From assembly GCA_023250635.1 (NCBI GenBank), contig JAHFAI010000005.1:1-64000 (forward strand): a stretch of DNA of 64,000 nt. Reading direction: 5' to 3'. The notes under the pieces are model-generated. The model was not told where the DNA came from, ran no database searches, and was given only the letters and a program-made list of their open reading frames with translations. Position numbers and translations under genes: made by a program. Source of the stretch: Deltaproteobacteria bacterium (GTDB lineage: Bacteria > Bdellovibrionota_B > Oligoflexia > Oligoflexales > Bog-1112). Shown one piece after another: positions 56,724 to 64,000 of the stretch. The stretch's first letter is position 1. Each line of letters opens with the position of its first letter.

Positions 56724-57539
56724 ATGACCATAACAGATTTAACCATAAAGGACTCCCTCCCTATGCTCGCCAGTAAAGAACTGATCCCTTCCCTCGAACT
56801 ACTCTGTAGAAAAGTTGGCGCCTACCAGCTGAGCTTTTTTCGTCGCAATAATTTTTCCATAGCTCATAAATCGAGCGCCGCTGATTTAGTAACCTCGGTT
56901 GATCTTGGTTCCGACCAAATGATCAGTGCCGAATTAAAACGCCTCCTCCCTCATGCGGCAATTTTGACTGAGGAATCAGGGTTTACGAGTGGTGAATCTA
57001 GCTATAAGTGGATTGTCGACCCTCTCGATGGCACCAATAATTTTGCTCAAGGTATTCCTATTTTTACCATCTCCATCGCCCTCCATCATCACGATGAACC
57101 CTTCCTCGGGGTGATCTACAATCCCTGTCTCGATGAGTTTTATTGGGCAGTTAAAGGTGAGGGAGCCTATTGCAACGGCGAACGGTTGCAGGTCAGCAGC
57201 AAAACCACCCTTGCCACCTGTATCTTAGCCACGGGCTTTCCTTATGATAAAGATGCTCACCCCGTCAATAATCTCAATTATTTAGCAGCTCTTATTCCCA
57301 AGACTCGCGGGATTAGACGACTGGGCAGCGCCGCCTACGATCTATGTCTGACAGCGCGAGGAAATTTTGATGGCTACTGGGAGCTCAATTTGCAGATCTG
57401 GGATATCGCTGCAGGAGTACTCCTGGTCAGCGAAGCAGGGGGCACGGTAAACTCCTTTCGCACAGATAGATCCTACTCCATCGTCGCTGCAGCCCCGTGT
57501 ATAAGCGAGCTTTTGCTGAAGGAATTAGCCCAGATATAA
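56724..57539 (+). CDS. suhB: Inositol monophosphatase family protein
   Basis: Motifs TEESG, WIVDPLDGTNNF and WDIAAG. Confidence 0.85.
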   Translation: MTITDLTIKDSLPMLASKELIPSLELLCRKVGAYQLSFFRRNNFSIAHKSSAADLVTSVDLGSDQMISAELKRLLPHAAILTEESGFTSGESSYKWIVDPLDGTNNFAQGIPIFTISIALHHHDEPFLGVIYNPCLDEFYWAVKGEGAYCNGERLQVSSKTTLATCILATGFPYDKDAHPVNNLNYLAALIPKTRGIRRLGSAAYDLCLTARGNFDGYWELNLQIWDIAAGVLLVSEAGGTVNSFRTDRSYSIVAAAPCISELLLKELAQI

Positions 57540-57547
57540 AAAACCAC

Positions 57548-57692
57548 GTAACTACTCAGGTCTTGCTGCATCTTCGCCGCTTTCTTCGTTGCTGCGCGTG
57601 CTCACAGCCAGACGGCTGCTCCGCTGCTCGCTCCTTGAAAGCAGCAAAACTGCAGCAAGCCTTGAGTAGTTGAAAAAGTACTGAGTAGTTAC
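57548..57692. mobile_element. MITE-like 145-bp element with 12-bp perfect terminal inverted repeats and 8-bp flanking direct repeats
   Basis: TIRs are GTAACTACTCAG (57548-57559) and CTGAGTAGTTAC (57681-57692). AAAACCAC flanks the element immediately on both sides (57540-57547 and 57693-57700). Internal nested inverted repeats are CTTGCTGCA/TGCAGCAAG and TTGCTGC/GCAGCAA. Confidence 0.5.
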
Positions 57693-57809
57693 AAAACCAC
57701 TGTCGTTACCAAAAAATAAGTAGAGGACTAAAGCTCAGATACTGGCTGGCCGATAGAATCAAGAAAGCGGAAGGAAAGGCGAGCACCCCCTTGCTATCGA
57801 GATAACACC

Positions 57810-58025
57810 ATGAAAATTATCAAAATTCTCTTAAAAGTTTCCAAGAACATGAATGAGCAACAGCTCAAGGATTTTATCTACAAAAATCTCCCCCAGGAAC
57901 TGCTCGCTGGACTCGAGTACGATGACCCCAAAGCCATCGCCCTCACCCTTAAGATGCTCAATCTTAAAGCACCCAAAAAAGACCTGAGCGAAGACAATGA
58001 AGCTGACGACGACTCGCACTCTTAA
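57810..58025 (+). CDS. Possible small acidic protein (71 aa or shorter)
   Basis: Open frame only. No clear RBS and no family recognised. Confidence 0.25.
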   Translation: MKIIKILLKVSKNMNEQQLKDFIYKNLPQELLAGLEYDDPKAIALTLKMLNLKAPKKDLSEDNEADDDSHS

Positions 58026-58040
58026 GTCTTCAGCACTTTA

Positions 58041-59204
58041 TTAAAGGCGTTCCAGGACGGTGGCTATTCCCTGCCCGAAGCCAATGCACATGGCTGAAAC
58101 GCCAAATTGGCTCTGCCGTTGACCCATGAGATGAGCAAGGGTTCCGGTAATCCGAGCTCCGGAACAGCCAAGAGGATGACCGAGAGCAATGGCTCCCCCG
58201 TGGAGGTTTGCTACTTCGTCAAACCTCTCAGCCAAACCAAGGTCACGTAAAACCGGCAAGGACTGAGCAGCAAAAGCTTCGTTTAGTTCCAACACCCCGA
58301 TATCTTCTATGCTAAGACCAGCAATCTTCAATGCCTTATTTACTGCAGCTACCGGTCCATAACCCATAATTGCCGGAGCGATGCCCACACTGGCCATAGC
58401 GCGAACGCGGGCGAGTGGTTTACAACCGAGATTTCGTGCATGACTCTCCTCCATCACCAGCAAACAGGCTGCGCCATCGCTAATCGCCGAAGAATTACCG
58501 GCGGTAACCGTCCCCCCCCGAGGGGCAAAGACTGCGGGCAATTTAGCCAATGCCGCTAAGGTAGAATCACCACGGATAACCTCATCGCTCCCACACAGGG
58601 TCAGCGTTCCTTGGCTATTGTGGCCAGAAATAGGGATGATCTCTGCAGCGAAGCCCCCAGAAATACTTGCTTGGTAGGCGCGCTGATGAGAACGCAGCGC
58701 AAAAGCATCTTGATCGGCACGCGAGACCTGATGCAGTTTGGCAAGCAGTTCCGCAGTTACTCCCATCATTCCCGAAGCCTTGGCGTAATATTTGCTCCCC
58801 ACCAGGTCAAAATCAATTCCGTGACTCATGGGAACATGCCCCATGTGCTCCACCCCACCACACAGATAGACTTCCCCTTGCCCTGCAGCAATTGCTTGGG
58901 CGGCACTGTGGAGGGCCTGCATGGACGAGCCACATAAACGATTTATCGTCTGGGCCGGCACTTCCTCGGGAATCCCCGCTTGCAAGGAAATAAAACGGGC
59001 AATGTTATATCCCTGTTCCAAAGTCTGCTGCACACAGCCCCACAGCACATCATCAATCGTGCGTGGATCGAGCTGGGGATGACGCTTTAAAAGTCCGCGG
59101 ACCAAATCAGCAGAGATTCCAGCAGCGCGTCGGTTACGAAAAAAGCCACCTTTTGATCGTCCCATAGGGGTACGTACCGCATCGACAATAACAGCTTGTT
59201 TCAT
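58041..59204 (-). CDS. fadA: 3-ketoacyl-CoA thiolase
   Basis: Nucleophile context [10 protein letters not shown], then NEAFA and [11 protein letters not shown]; 387 aa, downstream of fadB. Confidence 0.9.
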   Translation of the reverse strand: MKQAVIVDAVRTPMGRSKGGFFRNRRAAGISADLVRGLLKRHPQLDPRTIDDVLWGCVQQTLEQGYNIARFISLQAGIPEEVPAQTINRLCGSSMQALHSAAQAIAAGQGEVYLCGGVEHMGHVPMSHGIDFDLVGSKYYAKASGMMGVTAELLAKLHQVSRADQDAFALRSHQRAYQASISGGFAAEIIPISGHNSQGTLTLCGSDEVIRGDSTLAALAKLPAVFAPRGGTVTAGNSSAISDGAACLLVMEESHARNLGCKPLARVRAMASVGIAPAIMGYGPVAAVNKALKIAGLSIEDIGVLELNEAFAAQSLPVLRDLGLAERFDEVANLHGGAIALGHPLGCSGARITGTLAHLMGQRQSQFGVSAMCIGFGQGIATVLERL

Positions 59205-59252
59205 CGGATTTGTTTCCTCTCAGTTAATAGAAATAAGCTTTAATAAGCTTAT

Positions 59253-61427
59253 TTAGTGATAAAAACGAGCACCATCGCCTTTAAGCATGGCCTCGGCTAA
59301 TGCGGGCAACTGGTAGCACGGACCGAGAACTGCCAGCGGCTCGGCACTGCGCGCAAAGTTTGCTAATCCTTGCTGGTCAACTGCTTTGAGGATGCCACCA
59401 CGAAAGGGAGGAAAACCGAGGCCATAAATTAGGGCCAGATCAAGCTCCATCGGTGTAGCCACTATCCCTTCTTCCAAACAGCGGATCGCTTCATTCGTCA
59501 TCGGCACCATTAAGCGCGCAACGATTTCCTCATCGCTCAAGCTGAGGTCTTTGCTGATGATATCGTCGAGAATAGCAAGCACCCCCGCATCGCTTTGTTT
59601 CTGTAGCTTAGCGTTCTTGTCTTTTTCATAGCGGTAAAATCCGCTCGCTGATTTTTGCCCGAGTCGCCCTGCCTGCTGGAGCACGGTCATCGCTGAGGGG
59701 CTGGCAAAAGCCATGCGTTCAGGAAAACCCTCGGCCATAACCCGAGCCGCATGTACGGCGGTGTCAATGCCGATCACATCAAGCAAAAAAGCTGGACCCA
59801 TGGGCCAACCATAGCGCTCCATTACCGTATCGATGCGCAGATAATCAACCCCATCAGCCAGCAATTGCATAAAACCAAAAAAATACGGAAATAAAATCCG
59901 ATTGACCAAAAATCCCGGACAATCACCCACCACAATAGGTTTTTTGCCGAGCTGAGTCGCCAGACTGACCGCCCGAGCAATGGTTTGATCACTGGTTTTT
60001 TTGCCCTTAATCACTTCCACCAGAGGCATGCGATGGACCGGATTAAAAAAATGAATGCCACAGAATTGTTCAGGGCGTTCGAGTTTTTCTGCCAACTGGG
60101 TAATAGAAATGGTCGAGGTATTGGAGGCAAGCACGCACTCAGCACTCACCACCTGCTCAAGCTCTGCCAACACCTTTTGCTTGATCCCTTGGTTTTCAAC
60201 GACCGCTTCAATAACCACAGCCGTGCGGATAAATTCTTCATAGCGAAGGGTTGCCGAGATAGAATTTAAGCCCCGAGCGAGCTCCGGAACACTTATTTTC
60301 TTGCGTTCTACTTGTCCCACAAACAGCTCAGCTGCTTCCTTAAGGCCTGCTTCCAAGGCGGCTTCAGTAATATCCTTCATTATGGTTTTTAACCCTGAAG
60401 AAGCTGCCTGATAGGCAATACCACCACCCATAATACCAGCACCAAGCACCCCGAGGAGCTTTGCTTCTGCCGCAGGAGGCGCTTTTTTGACTAAATCGTG
60501 AGTTTTTTTCTTGGTGAACTGCTCAGCGAGAAAAATACTAATCAGGGAATCAGCCACCGTCGAAGTAGCGAGGGTGATAAATCCGGCAATTTCTATATCC
60601 CGAGCTTCATCACGGCTTTTATGGGCCGAGGCTTCCATGGCGGAAATCGCGGCAATAGCGGCCGGATAATGAGGACCAGCCTTAGCTCCAACCACCGCTT
60701 TGGCACTCCCAAAAGCCATCATCCCTTCAAATTTACTGCCGAGGGTGAGGGGCGCGGTTTTTTCGCGCTGCCGTGCTTGCCAGTCGAGGTTTCCCTGATA
60801 AGCTTCACGCACTAGGGAACCACAGGCTTGGCGTAATTCTGCCAAGGACACTACCCCGTCAATGGCTCCCACTGCCAGGGCTTCTGCCGGGCTATAGCCT
60901 TTCGCTGAGGCAATCCATTCCACGGCATTGTCAGCACCTAGCAAGCGGGGTAGACGAATCGTCCCACCCCATCCTGGATAAATACCCAGTTTTGTTTCGG
61001 GCAAACCCACCTGCGCTCCTTCGGCAGCAAGGCGAAAGGAGGTGGCTAAGGCCAATTCAAAGCCTCCGCCTAAGCAAACCCCATTAATTGCCGTGACACT
61101 GGGATAGGGAAGATCTTCGATTGCTGCAAACAGCCGATGAGTTTCCCGAAGCCAGGCACTCATCACTTCGCGACCACCATGAAAATACCCCGCAAACTCG
61201 CTAATATCGGCACCCACAATAAAAACGCTCTTGTGGCTGCTAATAATAAGACCTTGAACTCCCGGAGTCTTCTGGAGGGCGGCAACGGCTTCAGCTAATT
61301 CGTTGAGGGTTTGCCTATCAAATTTGTTAACGGAAGCACTCGCGTGATTAAAGTTCAATTCAGCAATGCTCTCGTCACCCAGCAGGCAGACAAGATTCTT
61401 TCCTTGAAAAATATACCGATCAGCCAT
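59253..61427 (-). CDS. fadB: Fatty acid oxidation complex alpha subunit (enoyl-CoA hydratase / 3-hydroxyacyl-CoA dehydrogenase)
   Basis: Motifs GGGFELALA, PETKLGIYPGWGG, NAD motif GAGIMGGGIA and HFFNPVHRMPLVE; 724 aa. Confidence 0.9.
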   Translation of the reverse strand: MADRYIFQGKNLVCLLGDESIAELNFNHASASVNKFDRQTLNELAEAVAALQKTPGVQGLIISSHKSVFIVGADISEFAGYFHGGREVMSAWLRETHRLFAAIEDLPYPSVTAINGVCLGGGFELALATSFRLAAEGAQVGLPETKLGIYPGWGGTIRLPRLLGADNAVEWIASAKGYSPAEALAVGAIDGVVSLAELRQACGSLVREAYQGNLDWQARQREKTAPLTLGSKFEGMMAFGSAKAVVGAKAGPHYPAAIAAISAMEASAHKSRDEARDIEIAGFITLATSTVADSLISIFLAEQFTKKKTHDLVKKAPPAAEAKLLGVLGAGIMGGGIAYQAASSGLKTIMKDITEAALEAGLKEAAELFVGQVERKKISVPELARGLNSISATLRYEEFIRTAVVIEAVVENQGIKQKVLAELEQVVSAECVLASNTSTISITQLAEKLERPEQFCGIHFFNPVHRMPLVEVIKGKKTSDQTIARAVSLATQLGKKPIVVGDCPGFLVNRILFPYFFGFMQLLADGVDYLRIDTVMERYGWPMGPAFLLDVIGIDTAVHAARVMAEGFPERMAFASPSAMTVLQQAGRLGQKSASGFYRYEKDKNAKLQKQSDAGVLAILDDIISKDLSLSDEEIVARLMVPMTNEAIRCLEEGIVATPMELDLALIYGLGFPPFRGGILKAVDQQGLANFARSAEPLAVLGPCYQLPALAEAMLKGDGARFYH

Positions 61428-61649
61428 GGTTAATCCTTCTCCACGTAGTTACATACATACAAATGCCAGAGGCATCAGCAGACTACTCCTTTTGCAGGAC
61501 TTTTACCAGCGATGAGGTCACGCCAGATATAAATTTTTTGCTTAATTTCGTTAGCCATAGGCAGGCCAGGAAGGGCTAGGCTATACTGGAGGGAAAACCG
61601 CTCTGCTTTTAATGAATCCTATTCGTAGGCCTATTTGAGAGGATCCTCT

Positions 61650-62828
61650 ATGAAAAATTCTTTGGTGTTTTATCCCTCGTTTTTGCTCCTTGGCTGTGGC
61701 CTGGTACAGCCAGGCCTCCTGCATGCTAATCCCAACTTTTACGGCAATATTACCCCCGGCATTCTCATCTCAACCAACCAAAAAATCGACCAAACCAAAG
61801 ATGGGGTTGACATCGTTTGTCAGCAATATGCACCCACCAGACCAACGGATTGTGGACCGAGCGAAAACGAAAAATTTACCGCATTTTCCTACCAACATTC
61901 ATCATCCAGTGCCGGAATGAATTTTCTGATCTCTGATAAAGTAGCCGTCAATTTTGAGCTCGGTCCAATGCTGACAAACGATGTGGATAGCAGCGGCAAC
62001 TCCATAGATGCGGGCTTACCACTAGCCCTGCGCACCTATAGCTTTTCGGTTGATGTGGGCAAAGGCTCGGTGATGGTTGGGCGTCAGGCCCGTCCCTTTG
62101 CCGCCATCACCAGCGCCGCAAATAATATGAAATTTGTTTTTGATGATTCAGTTGCCGGCACCCTCAACCAGAAGCGCAATCTTGGGGTCACCTACCAATC
62201 TCATGAAGTGCTCGGCATGGTTAATCTTCATGCTGGTCTATTTAATCCCTCTAAACCAGGACCAAAACAAGAAAACAACAGCACCGAAACCCCCGCCGTT
62301 GATATTGCAGCTCATTTTACCTTCAGTCCCCAAGTAACCGCCTCCCTTGGACTGCTGATGGAAAATCTTAGCGACTATGTGGATAACAATTTTGTAAGCT
62401 ATAATGCCTCAATTTTCGGCTTTAATGTGATGGGAAATTTCGCCGGATTTAAAGGTACAATGAGCTATGCTAGCGGTAATCCCCTCTATAAAAAAGCCAC
62501 CCGCATGGCGAATTTAAACAAGGCAGCAAAAGAAAAAGTTGATGGCCTCGATTTCTGGCTAGAAACGCAACTGCGTGCGGTTCATCTGGGCATTTTCTAC
62601 GGCCTCGAAACCGGCCATCTTGCCGAAAGCGAAGGCCGCCGGAATAAAGACGATAATCCCGGAAATGTTCTCGAAGTGGGTAGTGCCCTAGGAATACATG
62701 TTGGTTACCAGTGGAATGATGTGGAATGGATGCTCGAGTACGGCAACCAAAAGCTCTCCTATGATGGGATTACCGTCAATAACAAAACTTATTTTGGGCT
62801 CGCAGCTAACCTCAATTGGGCCTCTTAG
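61650..62828 (+). CDS. Putative outer-membrane beta-barrel (porin-like) protein
   Basis: Signal peptide (MKNSLVFYPSFLLLGCGLVQPGLLHA) and an alternating, aromatic-rich, beta-strand-like sequence. GAGAGGA RBS upstream of ATG 61650. Confidence 0.5.
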   Translation: MKNSLVFYPSFLLLGCGLVQPGLLHANPNFYGNITPGILISTNQKIDQTKDGVDIVCQQYAPTRPTDCGPSENEKFTAFSYQHSSSSAGMNFLISDKVAVNFELGPMLTNDVDSSGNSIDAGLPLALRTYSFSVDVGKGSVMVGRQARPFAAITSAANNMKFVFDDSVAGTLNQKRNLGVTYQSHEVLGMVNLHAGLFNPSKPGPKQENNSTETPAVDIAAHFTFSPQVTASLGLLMENLSDYVDNNFVSYNASIFGFNVMGNFAGFKGTMSYASGNPLYKKATRMANLNKAAKEKVDGLDFWLETQLRAVHLGIFYGLETGHLAESEGRRNKDDNPGNVLEVGSALGIHVGYQWNDVEWMLEYGNQKLSYDGITVNNKTYFGLAANLNWAS

Positions 62829-64000
62829 CGGCCAAATAAGGCAATACACACATAAGGATTGAAGAGGCTTAGTTGGTCAAATTCCCAGCTCGCCCCCCCC
62901 ACCACAAGAGGTGGCAAGGACAGCTGCTGCAACTTTAAACTCTCAGCTCCTACCTGGCTTATGATGCTGAGAATTTCTCTAAATAATTCCTCGTCAAAAA
63001 ATTCATTGCCCGGATGATATCCGGGCGCCCACCTGCCCTTAACGGCAAAAACTGGATTCGCCAGCCCAAGGCTCATTACTCCGCGATGAACGGCAAGATC
63101 CATATGCAACTGGGCTCGTAGGTCGGTAAAGAAAAAATCCTGCCATTCTCCCGCCTTTTTCACCTGCCAGCGCAGCCCAATCTTAGGGACGACCATTTCA
63201 AGATAGGAAGGCTTGTTTTCAGGCTTTTTTATGGTAAAAAAGGGGGCTTCCGGCATACTCACAAAAAGATTTACCAACTCGGCTTCGCGCGGTAGATTTT
63301 CTAACTCTGGCCAAATGGTTTGCAATTCGTCGATTTTAAGAAAGCTAGCAAAGCGCTCATGCAGCGAGGTGGAAAGATGTATCTCCCTGCCCGTTTTACT
63401 CACCAATACCTGCAGCACTTTATTAATCACCGCAGTATTTACCCCCACTCGTGCTTGCCAGCTACGCTGCACTTCTGCTCGCTCTACAACAGCGGCATTG
63501 TGACTCGCTTCTGTAGCCTGACTCTTGCCTATAGTACTGCCGACCGAGGAGAGATTTCGTGGTGCAATCAAATCCACACTCATCCGAGCGAGCAGACGTT
63601 CGGGGCTAATGAGGAGCTCCCGAGGCTTGAGTTTTACCCCGAAATCAAGGGCAGGAATAAGCAGCATGCCGGGCAAAGAAAGCGGGTAAGTTAGTGCCAG
63701 ACGCTTGTTCAACTCCCCTTCAAGGGTTGGCAGCAACACCGCAACCTGAGTTTTTACTTCTTGTTCGAGCAAGCTGCGGGAGTTACTAAACAGGCGGTTG
63801 AGCACAAATTTGCTGACGTAATCGTTCACCCCAAAGGGGCCTTCACAGAATTGCGGGCCAAGAGCACGGAAGTTGTTTTCACTGATGGCAAAATCAAGGC
63901 GGGGATTATTGACCTGTACCTTTCCCTGATCATTTACCACCAGTCCCACAGCACCATGCACCTCAAGAGCTGAAGTATTAGTAATAACAATAGATGAGTC
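62825..64000 (-). CDS. Hypothetical protein, 5' end probably beyond the window edge
   Basis: The frame stays open from 63961 to the window end (13 further sense codons). No family recognised. Confidence 0.45.
   Translation of the reverse strand, partial: DSSIVITNTSALEVHGAVGLVVNDQGKVQVNNPRLDFAISENNFRALGPQFCEGPFGVNDYVSKFVLNRLFSNSRSLLEQEVKTQVAVLLPTLEGELNKRLALTYPLSLPGMLLIPALDFGVKLKPRELLISPERLLARMSVDLIAPRNLSSVGSTIGKSQATEASHNAAVVERAEVQRSWQARVGVNTAVINKVLQVLVSKTGREIHLSTSLHERFASFLKIDELQTIWPELENLPREAELVNLFVSMPEAPFFTIKKPENKPSYLEMVVPKIGLRWQVKKAGEWQDFFFTDLRAQLHMDLAVHRGVMSLGLANPVFAVKGRWAPGYHPGNEFFDEELFREILSIISQVGAESLKLQQLSLPPLVVGGASWEFDQLSLFNPYVCIALFGR

Overview
This is a 64-kb chromosomal window from a diderm (Gram-negative type) bacterium. 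GC looks mid-range by eye (not computed). It is gene-dense, with about 50 protein genes and one tRNA-Gly(GCC). I found no rRNA, CRISPR array, prophage or recognisable defence island. Lineage is uncertain; lysine-rich histone-H1-like proteins, an archaeal/eukaryote-type ProRS, a plant-type glutamate-cysteine ligase and a large NAD-GDH hint weakly at a Bdellovibrionota/Oligoflexia- or deltaproteobacteria-like organism.

Most of the content is housekeeping:
- DNA repair and transcription: uvrC, greA, mutL, miaA.
- Translation: cysS, archaeal/eukaryote-type proS, rpmG, engB, an mtaB-like methylthiotransferase.
- Proteostasis: the canonical tig-clpP-clpX-lon block.
- Metabolism: hutI-like amidohydrolase, adenine deaminase, pepQ, fumC, an lpdA-E2 pair, hemF, plant-type glutamate-cysteine ligase, large NAD-glutamate dehydrogenase, acetoacetyl-CoA synthetase, an inositol monophosphatase and fadBA.
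- Envelope: ccmF-ccmH, exbBD.

Items that stand out, in rough order of interest:
1. The ClpP in the canonical locus has Asn and Tyr in place of the catalytic Ser and Asp. Only the His is kept, while the ClpX-docking features are retained. It is a predicted ClpR-like inactive subunit.
2. Inverted repeats with AGCAC...GTGCT arms and N18/N19 spacing lie upstream of both clpP and lon. The half-sites look like CIRCE but the geometry is not canonical.
3. Two small cysteine-rich secreted paralogs of no family I recognise sit in tandem, divergent from two atypical PAP2-like genes.
4. A three-gene cluster links a HupE/UreJ-type membrane protein, a secreted GH38 alpha-mannosidase and a secreted protein. 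Both flanking proteins have a predicted mature N-terminus starting with His.
5. A 145-bp MITE-like element has perfect 12-bp terminal inverted repeats and 8-bp flanking direct repeats. A solo copy of its end lies elsewhere in the window.
6. Two lysine-rich histone-H1-like proteins are present, one fused to a very acidic N-terminal half.
7. There is an orphan serine recombinase.
8. The first 660 bp are a repeat- and hairpin-rich non-coding block.

All functional calls rest on motif recognition by eye; no database search was run.
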